From positions 1-64,000 of IMG/VR virus record IMGVR_UViG_3300038441_001119: DNA of 64,000 bases. One strand, given 5' to 3'. The notes below the pieces were generated by a model. The model saw only the letters and a program-made list of their open reading frames with translations, did no database searches and was not told the DNA's origin. How positions within the stretch are numbered: the stretch's first letter is position 1; every line of letters starts with the position of its first letter. This document shows positions 35,299-44,263 of this stretch, in pieces. Position numbers and translations under genes: made by a program.

Positions 35299-36089
35299 TT
35301 GGTTTCTTCTTTGGGGATGTATTGGGTCAGGTCAACCAGAAGTTCACGATTGAACTCTGGGTTGAGATGGTCAGGAACATAACCGTGTGGGTTTGAGATC
35401 ACACGGGTATTGTTTATTTTGTAATCATTGCTTGCATGAATATGCCCATGTATCCACAAGGGGATAGCATATTTTGCAGTAATAGCTGATAGGTCGGAGG
35501 CATACGCCGCACGAAGGGGGTCTTCCATTTCCGCAGGAGGTACTGAGAAAATGGATGGAGCATGATGCGTAACGACGATGGTTCTCTTTGGGTCGTGCTC
35601 TTCCAAGAACTGCTCCAGCAAGAACCGACTCCTTATGTGGGTGGAGCGCGTATCAGCAGCTGAAAGCTTACGGTATTTATCTCCTCTGTTATAAGTGATC
35701 TTTACGTAGTCATTCATCTGATATGCTGCGATACCCATGTCCGCCCACCAGTCATTGTGGAGATTGAAGTCAGCCCACAGCGTGCAGCCGTAGAAATACC
35801 AACCGTCAATCTCCACAAAACTGTCTTCCAAGAAGTGTATGTTACTCTTGGGATTCTGATTCTTAAGCTCTGCAACGAGATTAGGGAACTTCTCTCCATA
35901 GTACTCGTGGTTACCGCAGACATATATAACAGGGATACCTTCCGCAAACTCCCGCAGCCATTTGAAGCCAAGGGTGCCTTTGTCGATATCACCTGCTGCA
36001 ATGAACACATCTGCGTATTCCGAATGTATGGGAGTAGTAGGTCCTTCACCGAATTCACGGTGCAGGTCGCTGAAGATCTGAAGTTTCAT
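35262..36089 (-). CDS. Calcineurin-like metallophosphoesterase
   Basis: SDLH, AGDI, GNHEYY, THHAP, HGHIH, SNPHGY. Confidence 0.9.
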   Translation of the reverse strand: MKLQIFSDLHREFGEGPTTPIHSEYADVFIAAGDIDKGTLGFKWLREFAEGIPVIYVCGNHEYYGEKFPNLVAELKNQNPKSNIHFLEDSFVEIDGWYFYGCTLWADFNLHNDWWADMGIAAYQMNDYVKITYNRGDKYRKLSAADTRSTHIRSRFLLEQFLEEHDPKRTIVVTHHAPSIFSVPPAEMEDPLRAAYASDLSAITAKYAIPLWIHGHIHASNDYKINNTRVISNPHGYVPDHLNPEFNRELLVDLTQYIPKEETKCPIISTEQKPQ

Positions 36090-36103
36090 AAGGGGTGCTG
36101 TTT

Positions 36104-37075
36104 TCACTTATAGTACCCGTACACTGGTATACGAGTAAGATAGGGGTATGACAGGTTTCCTTCTTGCAGGAAGTAAGGAGCTGCCATGCTATCAGTGGAA
36201 ATACACCTGTCAATACCAGCTGCCAACATTTCAGCCTGATTCATCGTTCCTTCGTTGTGGGAAGTGACGAGGACGATCTCCCGAGCGCCGATGACTTTCA
36301 GGGCAGCTGCGATACCTTTGAAGGTTCCTCCCTTAGAGCAGATGTCGTCGATGATAAGGAACTTACCATCACTCAGCACCGAAGACACGGAAGCTTGCAG
36401 GGATGCCGTGTCGAGCTTGGTCTTGCTGTGGTCGATCACACCAGTAGACGGGTCGCGATCCTTGTACGCCGTAACAATAGGACCTTTGAATTCCAGATTT
36501 CTGGCCAGCGTGAAGATCTTCTTGGCAGCTCCTGCATCAGGCGCAACCCAGACATACTTGTGATATGCCAGCCCTCCATAGGGAGGAAGCGAAGCCATGG
36601 ACAGTACGTTCTCCTGTGTGTATTCCTGCACTCCATTGATGAGGAGTTTCGACACATTGCTGTGCAGATCAAGAACCTCCACTCTATCGAAATTGAGGGA
36701 GTTCAGTATTTTGGAATATGTCAGAATGCCGCAACCTTCTCCCGGCGTCATCTGTCTGTCCGAGCGGGTGCAGGGCACGTACGGCAGACGCAGTGTGAGG
36801 TATTGTTCCGGTTCGCAGGTCCAGCGGATGGCATCTCTGAGAAGGGCCAGCTCGTACAACCGCGAGGCCGCATTGTCTTGGAAAAGAACAATGAGGTTCT
36901 TTACGATGGCACCGTTTGGCTTCAAGATACGGAGACCTGCTTCTCCTGTAGGATAGGTGATGAATTCCAAACCAAGCTTGTGTTGCAGCTCGTTCGGTTG
37001 ACTGTCGATCCTCGTGCGTGCATCGAGGTACCATGTGTATGGATCGTTTTCTCTGAAATCAAACTGTTGAAACAT
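36104..37075 (-). CDS. prs: Ribose-phosphate pyrophosphokinase-like protein (Prs/Adps)
   Basis: YPTGE, LPYVPCTRSDR, DLHS, VAPDAGAAKK, LIIDDICSKGGTF. Confidence 0.88.
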   Translation of the reverse strand: MFQQFDFRENDPYTWYLDARTRIDSQPNELQHKLGLEFITYPTGEAGLRILKPNGAIVKNLIVLFQDNAASRLYELALLRDAIRWTCEPEQYLTLRLPYVPCTRSDRQMTPGEGCGILTYSKILNSLNFDRVEVLDLHSNVSKLLINGVQEYTQENVLSMASLPPYGGLAYHKYVWVAPDAGAAKKIFTLARNLEFKGPIVTAYKDRDPSTGVIDHSKTKLDTASLQASVSSVLSDGKFLIIDDICSKGGTFKGIAAALKVIGAREIVLVTSHNEGTMNQAEMLAAGIDRCISTDSMAAPYFLQEGNLSYPYLTRIPVYGYYK

Positions 37076-37364
37076 TTCGTGTAGGTCTGGGTGGGAGTGT
37101 GTTGATGAGTTCGTTGAAGGCAGCTTCTTGATCCGGGGTGCCTGCGCATTTACCCAGAGTGAATTCCTTGCCTGTCAAAGTGGTGACGATATTACCGTCT
37201 TTGAAAGCAATGCGAGCTGTCATGATAGCCTGCCCATCTTTGGACTGAGCAGAGCCGAAGATGCTGCCTCTAAGGGAAGCATGATTGTTGCCATCTTTGC
37301 GGTACGCTGTGAACACAACGAGGGTCCAATCTTCCAGTGTAGGTATATTGACCTTTATTTCCAT
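37059..37364 (-). CDS. Hypothetical protein
   Basis: Start MEIKVN; L-x-G-x-IFG motif. Confidence 0.6.
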   Translation of the reverse strand: MEIKVNIPTLEDWTLVVFTAYRKDGNNHASLRGSIFGSAQSKDGQAIMTARIAFKDGNIVTTLTGKEFTLGKCAGTPDQEAAFNELINTLPPRPTRNVSTV

Positions 37365-38206
37365 AAGACACCAAATACTACACCGATGATACCGATAGCT
37401 GTTCCGATGGCGGCACAGATCCATGCTTTCTTGGAAGAAGGCGGCTGGTTCCATGTTACGGTGGTTGTATGCCTGACTCCCAAATGCGGAGCGCCATAGA
37501 TCTTCTCCAGAAGCTCAGGGCGATCATCTTTGATTGTTCTTCTGACCTGAGAAGGGATGTTGTACCAATAGGCGGCCTTATCCGTGGGTCCAGTTGGAAC
37601 GTAGCTCTCGATGGTTTCGATCAGCAACTGAGCTGGGACGGCGTAAGATATCCAGTCATTGCGCAGCAGGTCGGGAGTGATCTCCAGAGCCTTTCTGTAC
37701 ATGGACTCCGTAACCCTGTCTTTACCTGCATGCGTGAAGACAGCCTTGAAGTCACTACCATTACCATTGGTAATAATCTCCATCAGTTGCTCCTCAGTAA
37801 GAAGTTCGTGGTTGGCCAGCAGCGCATCCGATGGGTGCAATTTGATAAGCCTTTTGAGTTTGTCTGCATCTACCTTGTTGGTGAGGTATTCGAAGAAAGT
37901 ACGTGGGTCATTGGCGACAACGAACTCCACCATCTCTTCGTCCAACTGGGCGTCCAAGTGCCCGATACCCTCTTCACCTACACCGCCTGCGATGAAGTCT
38001 TGCAGGTATTTCCAGATGTGCTTCTTCTCGCCTGCGATGAACTTCCAAGGTTCCCCATCAGAGGCTTCCTTGATTTGTTCGTACGTCATATACCGTACAC
38101 AGGCCATGAGGGTGTCCTCGCTCATAGCCCCGGCATCGACGACGTCTTTGATCAAGGCATGGAACAAGTCTTTCGAAACTAGAACAGTCTTGTTATTTTC
38201 AGACAT
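37355..38206 (-). CDS. Helical-repeat protein with C-terminal TM anchor
   Basis: Repeats such as LLTEEQLMEII and VTESMYRKAL; hydrophobic C-terminus. Confidence 0.7.
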   Translation of the reverse strand: MSENNKTVLVSKDLFHALIKDVVDAGAMSEDTLMACVRYMTYEQIKEASDGEPWKFIAGEKKHIWKYLQDFIAGGVGEEGIGHLDAQLDEEMVEFVVANDPRTFFEYLTNKVDADKLKRLIKLHPSDALLANHELLTEEQLMEIITNGNGSDFKAVFTHAGKDRVTESMYRKALEITPDLLRNDWISYAVPAQLLIETIESYVPTGPTDKAAYWYNIPSQVRRTIKDDRPELLEKIYGAPHLGVRHTTTVTWNQPPSSKKAWICAAIGTAIGIIGVVFGVLWK

Positions 38207-38236
38207 GAGGGTTGTTGTATGTAAAAGTAAGGAGAA

Positions 38237-38269
38237 AGCCCCGACAGGGTACGTGACCTTGTCGGGGCT
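38237..38269 (-). terminator. Intrinsic terminator
   Basis: Stem AGCCCCGACAGG/CCTTGTCGGGGCT. Confidence 0.65.
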
Positions 38270-38289
38270 GGGGCCTCTAGGAGGTGGCG

Positions 38290-39780
38290 TTACTTTCTCT
38301 TACTAGGAGAAGTGAACGTAGATGCCGATTTGACGATATGGTCAGCGAAATAGCGGGCAGAGGCTTTCTTAGTATTCTCTCTAAGATCGTCGAGTGCTTG
38401 CTTCAGTTTTTCACTGCCGGTTTTGGGTTCAAAATTGATCACTGCAAATCCCAAGCCAAGAGGATCTTCTTTCTTTTCTTTGACTGGAGTGGCAATAGGC
38501 GCTTCCATGACCACGCGACCAAAGATGGTCTCCTGTGCAAGGGCTTGGATGTGTGACTGGTTGCAGAGCTTGTTCTTGTCAGGGAATCTCGCTTCGTACA
38601 GACCAGAACGGTCATCTGTCCACTCAGCGGAATCGAGGAAGTTGTTGAACACCTGCTTTCCTTGCTCCCATGGTACGCCCGTCAGGGTAACCCTGTGATC
38701 AACACGACCCGGTCTAAGCAGGGCCTTATCGAACTTCTCGGGATGGTTGCTAGTTAAAATGAAGACACACTTTTCTGGAGTTGTCGCTCCATCGAAAAAG
38801 TTCAGTAGCTGTGACAACTGGATGGCGTCATTATTGGGATTGCCGCTGCGATCAGTAGAAGCACCTTGGACGTCGAAATCCTCGATCAGTACAACGGACC
38901 CACCACGAGTTGGGATCAGCGACAGATAGTCTCCGAAATCGGTTGCCTTGGCACCAGACAGGTCCAGCTGAACCAGACGTTTGCGGAACTCGGTGGCGAT
39001 CGCCTTTGCAAGAGAGGTCTTGCCTGTGCCGGGTTCGCCGTCAAGAAGCAGGACGTACTTGAATGGTACGCCCAGCTTCTTGTAGGCATCTTCAGACTGT
39101 GAGAACTTACGGAGCGACTCCATGATCTCCTCAAGCTGTCCGCCCATGAGGACAATCGACGACAGAGGACGACCCGGTTTGAACTCGTAAGAAGAGGTAA
39201 CGCCTTTGCTGCTATTGAAGATGCGGCGAATCTCAATATCCGGTACCGTCTGCGTTTTGCTGATTTCGTGTTTCTTTGGTTCCGCCAAGGTAACAGTGCG
39301 GTGGATCTCCGCCATCTGTTTTCTGGTTTTGAAGGGGAACCATATTTGCAGCTCTCTGTGAGGTAGACCAATCATACCCGGTACGATCCTGTAGCGAACC
39401 ACGACACGGTGATTGCCTTTCAGCTTGCACAAATGGAAATGGTCCGTGGCAAGATCGTACACATGGTGTCCGGTGTGCTTGATTCCTTCGAACATCTCAC
39501 TTCTGTCCTGACGAACGAGGAACCCTTTATTGTCTTTGTTGACTTCCTCCTTCCATGCTTTGAACGCCTCGGTATCGAGTCGGTTGTGTGAAAAGATATG
39601 CGTACGCAGGTGGGGCTTGGTGACACTGATGAGATCACGGAAGTAGTAGTCAGCTGGCGTCTTATCCGCCTCGTCGGTCGGATAAGAATCGTACATAATC
39701 ATCGATGGTACGAACCAACGGACATACATAGCGGACAGGACGAGTAGACCTAACAGAGATAGCAGAATAGTGGAAATCAT
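38290..39780 (-). CDS. Membrane-anchored AAA+ ATPase, BCS1-like
   Basis: N-terminal TM, Walker A GEPGTGKT, Walker B LIEDFD, SRH TSNHPEKFDKALLRPGRVD. Confidence 0.85.
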   Translation of the reverse strand: MISTILLSLLGLLVLSAMYVRWFVPSMIMYDSYPTDEADKTPADYYFRDLISVTKPHLRTHIFSHNRLDTEAFKAWKEEVNKDNKGFLVRQDRSEMFEGIKHTGHHVYDLATDHFHLCKLKGNHRVVVRYRIVPGMIGLPHRELQIWFPFKTRKQMAEIHRTVTLAEPKKHEISKTQTVPDIEIRRIFNSSKGVTSSYEFKPGRPLSSIVLMGGQLEEIMESLRKFSQSEDAYKKLGVPFKYVLLLDGEPGTGKTSLAKAIATEFRKRLVQLDLSGAKATDFGDYLSLIPTRGGSVVLIEDFDVQGASTDRSGNPNNDAIQLSQLLNFFDGATTPEKCVFILTSNHPEKFDKALLRPGRVDHRVTLTGVPWEQGKQVFNNFLDSAEWTDDRSGLYEARFPDKNKLCNQSHIQALAQETIFGRVVMEAPIATPVKEKKEDPLGLGFAVINFEPKTGSEKLKQALDDLRENTKKASARYFADHIVKSASTFTSPSKRK

Positions 39781-39784
39781 GTAA

Positions 39785-40333
39785 TTAACGGGAGTAGATG
39801 CACTGGATGATGGACTTGTCTTGGGAGACAGTACGAATGTTTCTGAACCTGTGTTCGAAGTTAGGGAAACGTTCGTCGTAGAAAGATGGATTGGAACCAA
39901 CAGGTTCGCTGTCCAACAGGAAGGTAACATGCAGTTCGTCAATCTTGCGCTCCGTGATGAACGAAGCCCAATGTTTGGGACCCACATGTAGATAGACATC
40001 CGTTTCCGTCGCGAAGCATTCCTCTACGGAGGACACCACGTGAGCGAAGGACATCGGACTTTCAGGAGGGAAGGACTCCTTAACATGCCGGGAGAGTACC
40101 CTGACGTTCCAACTTCCACTCTTGGCTGCCATTTCCTCAGCCGAGGTGAAGTTGAAACGTTTGACGATCTCCTCAAAAGTAAGGCGCCCCAGCAGGAGTG
40201 TTGATCCCTTTGGGGCGCCTTCTGGTAAGAAGAAGTGGTATTTCCCTGCAACGTCACGAGGTACCCTTTGTTGTCCGAGTGTCATACGGACACCCATGAT
40301 AACTTTCGGTTTAGTCGGGGCTTTGGGAGGCAT
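39785..40333 (-). CDS. Divergent dihydrofolate-reductase-fold protein
   Basis: LLLGRLTFE, NVRVLSR, VSSVEECF, IDELHVT in DHFR order; catalytic N-terminal motifs not recognisable. Confidence 0.55.
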   Translation of the reverse strand: MPPKAPTKPKVIMGVRMTLGQQRVPRDVAGKYHFFLPEGAPKGSTLLLGRLTFEEIVKRFNFTSAEEMAAKSGSWNVRVLSRHVKESFPPESPMSFAHVVSSVEECFATETDVYLHVGPKHWASFITERKIDELHVTFLLDSEPVGSNPSFYDERFPNFEHRFRNIRTVSQDKSIIQCIYSR

Positions 40334-41015
40334 ACGCTTTGATGATTTGCGAAGACAGTAGTTGTTTGTTGAACTTTTGTTTCGATGTCGGATGGACTGT
40401 CTGTGCCCACGACACCATGTCGTTATTCATCCTGATTACCGTATCCATCGATGCACTGTTGTTACACAGGGCTTCAATGGTTTTCAGTTCATCCAGATCG
40501 AAGAGTACCTCATGGTTGAACTCGACTTTACCTGTTGTCAGCAGGCGCCCCAGCATACGAGTGTACGTATACCTGAACGCAAGTCGCAGTCCGTCGTACT
40601 GTTTGTTGGTACGTCCTTCGCCTACACAAATCTTGAAAGCTTCCGCTAAGTAACGTTCCATGGACAGCTTCAACTTGTCAGCTGCCAGAAACTCACCAGC
40701 GTTTGCTCTAAGGTTCTTGGCGATTTCCGTCATCTTCACAAACGTCCAAGAGGGGGCCAACAGGAAATTAATGGCGTACGGTGTGACGTACGCACAATCC
40801 TTGAACAGAGTAAACAGATCCATTGACTCCAGCACCTCTCCTTCGATCTGTGACTTCACAAGCGTCAGAGGAGTGCCAAGTTCATTACTGGCCTGTAACA
40901 TCTCGAAACCATTGGGCGAGAGATGGAAACCTGAGTACCCTACCGGAACACCGACTGGGAACGAAGATTTCAATCCAAACGAGCTAGGTTCAACTTTGAA
41001 TGCGGCAACGATCAT
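40311..41015 (-). CDS. Hypothetical protein
   Basis: 234-aa ORF in operon. Confidence 0.7.
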   Translation of the reverse strand: MIVAAFKVEPSSFGLKSSFPVGVPVGYSGFHLSPNGFEMLQASNELGTPLTLVKSQIEGEVLESMDLFTLFKDCAYVTPYAINFLLAPSWTFVKMTEIAKNLRANAGEFLAADKLKLSMERYLAEAFKICVGEGRTNKQYDGLRLAFRYTYTRMLGRLLTTGKVEFNHEVLFDLDELKTIEALCNNSASMDTVIRMNNDMVSWAQTVHPTSKQKFNKQLLSSQIIKAYASQSPD

Positions 41016-41356
41016 GCTACTTTGGACACTTTGGCTATGAGGGTAACATTATCACGGACATCTGCAGGAAGATCCGGATGATGTACGAATAGAAACAGAC
41101 CAAAGGGTTGTTCGAAATTCGTCACTTTCTCTCCTTCTGCAAAATACTCAATTGGGCCGCGCTCGGGGTTATTCGCTGGAGGGCGACTGACTCCCATAGG
41201 TACCAGAGTCCGTAGCTTGTAAGCACCGTTGAATTCTGGGGCAGGAACCAGCTGGTTGGGGTGCAGCAACAAAGACTTGATGATCTCTGAAGATGCCTCC
41301 TTGCTGAGATGCCCCATGGGTTCCGTTACCAGAACGTTGGCGTCAGATATTTTCAT
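41012..41356 (-). CDS. Hypothetical protein
   Basis: 114-aa ORF. Confidence 0.65.
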   Translation of the reverse strand: MKISDANVLVTEPMGHLSKEASSEIIKSLLLHPNQLVPAPEFNGAYKLRTLVPMGVSRPPANNPERGPIEYFAEGEKVTNFEQPFGLFLFVHHPDLPADVRDNVTLIAKVSKVA

Positions 41357-41365
41357 GTGATGAGG

Positions 41366-41746
41366 TCAATAGGTGGGGTCGAGGGATAGGCTGGTTCTGG
41401 ACGGGGTTCTCTTTTCGAGGAACGTGTCGAGCTGCTGGCTTTCAAGAAACAAACCGTGCAGCTCAAACAACATCGAATCGAGAGTCGTCCTGATAGGCTT
41501 GTACATCACACGGGGAGGCTTGGGTTTGCTGTTGGTTCTCTCCGTGAACATGCTCTTTGGAAGTGAATCAGGATGCGGTCTGCCGAATTGGAGTCTGAAG
41601 ATAGCACGTCGTGCCAATGCCAGTTCTTCCGGGGTCATGGGAAGAGGTTTGGTGTATCCCGGTCCCAGAGCGTGACAAGCCAGCTCGGCTACTTTTCTCA
41701 GGGTACGGGATTGTGTGTGACCAAGTGGAGACAGTTTTTTATGCAT
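41366..41746 (-). CDS. Hypothetical protein
   Basis: 126-aa ORF. Confidence 0.6.
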   Translation of the reverse strand: MHKKLSPLGHTQSRTLRKVAELACHALGPGYTKPLPMTPEELALARRAIFRLQFGRPHPDSLPKSMFTERTNSKPKPPRVMYKPIRTTLDSMLFELHGLFLESQQLDTFLEKRTPSRTSLSLDPTY

Positions 41747-41811
41747 GGGGTATAAAAAGAAAAACCCCGACTCTTTGCAGAGACGGGGTTGGGTTGTTTA
41801 TAACTTTGCTA

Positions 41812-42240
41812 TTACTTGACGTCGAAGCCAAGTACCTTTGGGGGTTCCGTAACAGGGGAGGTTGGAACTTCGCCTAGGAACTGCAGTTCAGCAAACAGAG
41901 GGGCTACTTGCGTATCCACCTCGATATCACCAAAGTGCTCTTCCTTGACCTCTCTGATTCGTCGCACCACAGCGGATGCAAGACGCTCCAGCGCAAGGCC
42001 AATACTGTCGTCATAGATTGCAATCAGCGGACGAAGGATCTCGGTTTCACCAAGGTTCTCTTCGATATTGGTTGCAGGAAATGCCTGTTCTACCTTTGAT
42101 TCCTGTAGATCGTTAAGTGCGGTTTCCACTGCTTCCTGATACTCCTGAAGGAAGGAGAAGTCAGTGTCAGCTGCAATGGACGCGGTTGGTTCACAATTAC
42201 AGTTACCGCAGCAGGTGTTGGTGGTGTTGTCGGTGCTCAT
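41812..42240 (-). CDS. Acidic hypothetical protein
   Basis: 142 aa; preceded by two promoter types. Confidence 0.7.
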   Translation of the reverse strand: MSTDNTTNTCCGNCNCEPTASIAADTDFSFLQEYQEAVETALNDLQESKVEQAFPATNIEENLGETEILRPLIAIYDDSIGLALERLASAVVRRIREVKEEHFGDIEVDTQVAPLFAELQFLGEVPTSPVTEPPKVLGFDVK

Positions 42241-42249
42241 GAGGACCGA

Positions 42250-42277
42250 AACATAAACAAAACAAAGGAGAGGTCAA
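42250..42277 (-). promoter_or_regulatory. sigma70-like promoter TTGACC-16-TATGTT
   Basis: 9 nt upstream of ATG 42240. Confidence 0.5.
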
Positions 42278-42298
42278 CCATAAAAATGCTGTCCTCTC

Positions 42299-42314
42299 CA
42301 AGTTTATATAGCGC
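42299..42314 (-). promoter_or_regulatory. Phage promoter motif GCGCTATATAAACTTG
   Basis: Motif copy. Confidence 0.75.
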
Positions 42315-42339
42315 AAAAGCGCACTCTGTTGCAACTACC

Positions 42340-43026
42340 TTACAGAGAGATCCTTCGATCTTTGGTAATCTTGACGTGACCTTTGTTCTCCAGAACTTTC
42401 ATGATAGCAACCGTTCCCAGCTGCTTATCCATGACATTCCGATCAAACTTACCGTCTGCGACGTACTTGCCCTTTTGTTGCTCCGTAGTAGCGCCGAACA
42501 GGTAAGGACTTGCCAGACCCTTGTTACGATAACCAAGACCATTGTAACGTTCGTTTTTCTCCAGCAACACTCCCAGTGTCCAAGGGTTAACGCCAATGAA
42601 CTTGTCGTAGGCCATAGCATCTACAGCAGACTCATACCAAGTGAAAGGAGGATTACCTTTCAATGGGCGTCCTTTGGGGATCCACTTGGTTCTACCTGTA
42701 AGGGGTGAGCCTTCATGGAGATGCTTGGAGAAAGACAGAGAAGCTTCCCGGTAATGTAGTACGCCTACAAGGAACCACGGTACGCCTGTAGACTCCTGCA
42801 CCTGCTCATAGCGAGACTTATGCTTAAGGATGCTGTTAGCCGCATTGGTAGCCTCATTGACGCGCTCAGGACGAACCTTGGCTCGATACCAGCGTTGTTC
42901 ATTGGCAGAGGTAGTCTGAACCGCAGCAGTGATACGCTTTGGCTCTGTCTTACCTTCTTCCTTCAGAGGGATGGTCGAAGCTGCTACAGCTCCGACACCC
43001 AGCCATGTAAGTAGCTTAGTTACCAT
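42340..43026 (-). CDS. Endolysin, COG5526-type lysozyme with N-terminal signal/SAR-like segment
   Basis: GVPWFLVGVLHYREAS, ERYNGLGYR, SPYLF, GKYVADGKFD, QLG. Confidence 0.88.
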   Translation of the reverse strand: MVTKLLTWLGVGAVAASTIPLKEEGKTEPKRITAAVQTTSANEQRWYRAKVRPERVNEATNAANSILKHKSRYEQVQESTGVPWFLVGVLHYREASLSFSKHLHEGSPLTGRTKWIPKGRPLKGNPPFTWYESAVDAMAYDKFIGVNPWTLGVLLEKNERYNGLGYRNKGLASPYLFGATTEQQKGKYVADGKFDRNVMDKQLGTVAIMKVLENKGHVKITKDRRISL

Positions 43027-43390
43027 TGATGACGAACAGGATGGGTTTGAATGCTATCACAGCGGTGACCAGCAAGACCCACACAGTTGCAAACAGAAGC
43101 TTGAACTTCAGTTCGTCAGGCAGAGCCTTGAACCTTTCAGCAAAATCCTCCTGATCCGTCAGAGCATCCAGTGTACGGCGGAAGGTGATCTGAATGAACA
43201 GCCAGACAGTCAGAGCTGCAAGGGTGAGGATAACCGTACCAGTAGAGATGACACTCAGCACCGACAGGTCGAGGATAGCCGACGAGGGGTCAATCAGCTT
43301 GAACAGCTTAGGTAGACCAAGGAACACGACAGTACCCGCAGTTACAGCTGCGAGCGCGTGTTTGACATTAGATGACAGATTCTTAAACAT
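43016..43390 (-). CDS. Putative holin (three TM helices)
   Basis: Hydrophobic protein directly upstream of the endolysin. Confidence 0.6.
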   Translation of the reverse strand: MFKNLSSNVKHALAAVTAGTVVFLGLPKLFKLIDPSSAILDLSVLSVISTGTVILTLAALTVWLFIQITFRRTLDALTDQEDFAERFKALPDELKFKLLFATVWVLLVTAVIAFKPILFVINGN

Positions 43391-43920
43391 TACTTAATTA
43401 GTCCGAGGGTTTGTACACTTCTGACCTTTTTGTAGATCCTAAAGATACAGTAGAGAACGATAACGAGAATAATGGAGAAGTAAATCCAATTCCATTTGCG
43501 GGAGTTGGCTAACTTGGTTTCTCCTTTGGCGTTCTTCTCTTTCTCCTTTAGCTTGGCGTCATGTTCTCGCTGCCAAGCATCCAGCGTTGCTTTGATTTCT
43601 TTGACAACTCCTTCTGCCAGAACTTCTGATTTGATGGTGGCTCCTTTGCCAGCATCAAGTTCTACAGCGGCATTGTCAATATGCTCGTTTAGTTCTTTGG
43701 TGTCTTTGGAGTTGGCCTCCAGACCTTGCTTGTCTGCTTTAACTGCGATGACTTTAGCTTTACCAATAGAACCTTGGGCATTGACTATGTGTTTCCTCGT
43801 CTCCTTGATAGCAGGGACGGGTGACTCCACTACAGGTGCATTCCTAGGTGGAGGGGTATTACTGGTACAGCCTGTGAGTGCAATCAAACAGGCTGCCGCA
43901 ATGTGTAGATATTTAGACAA
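43390..43920 (-). CDS. Putative unimolecular spanin-like lipoprotein
   Basis: TTG start, lipobox LTGC, coiled-coil middle, C-terminal TM WNWIYFSIILVIVLYCIF. Confidence 0.6.
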   Translation of the reverse strand: MSKYLHIAAACLIALTGCTSNTPPPRNAPVVESPVPAIKETRKHIVNAQGSIGKAKVIAVKADKQGLEANSKDTKELNEHIDNAAVELDAGKGATIKSEVLAEGVVKEIKATLDAWQREHDAKLKEKEKNAKGETKLANSRKWNWIYFSIILVIVLYCIFRIYKKVRSVQTLGLIK

Positions 43921-44230
43921 GTGAGATGTTTCCACTCCAGACATTGGGTTGTACCGCCAGTCTGACACTGTAGAACGCATCACCGCCCGTAGCAGTGATT
44001 CTAAGCGTTTTGCTGGGCGCCCAGACTAGCTTACCGCCCGCAGCCGTGAAAGGATCATCAGTCACCGGAATGACGTAATCGTTACCTTCAAAGTTGATGA
44101 CAGCTTCAACAGTCGCAGAAGTGAAGCCCTCGTCTCCAATGGATACGATGTAAGGGAACCCGGCAGTGACGGGGATGTCAACGGAGTCACCTCCCGTAAC
44201 GATACCAGCAGCGGCTGTATAAGCTTTCAT
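43913..44230 (-). CDS. Small beta-rich putative virion protein
   Basis: 105-aa ORF between fibre and lysis genes. Confidence 0.65.
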   Translation of the reverse strand: MKAYTAAAGIVTGGDSVDIPVTAGFPYIVSIGDEGFTSATVEAVINFEGNDYVIPVTDDPFTAAGGKLVWAPSKTLRITATGGDAFYSVRLAVQPNVWSGNISLV

Positions 44231-44263
44231 TAGTAGGAATGATAAATCAAAAGAAACCCGAAA

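Noticed and set aside
40311-41015. Possible degenerate thymidylate synthase next to the DHFR-like gene (SMDLF, IAKNLRANAGEF)
   Set aside because: No catalytic PC motif, no H-x-Y, spacing wrong; resemblance too weak without a profile search
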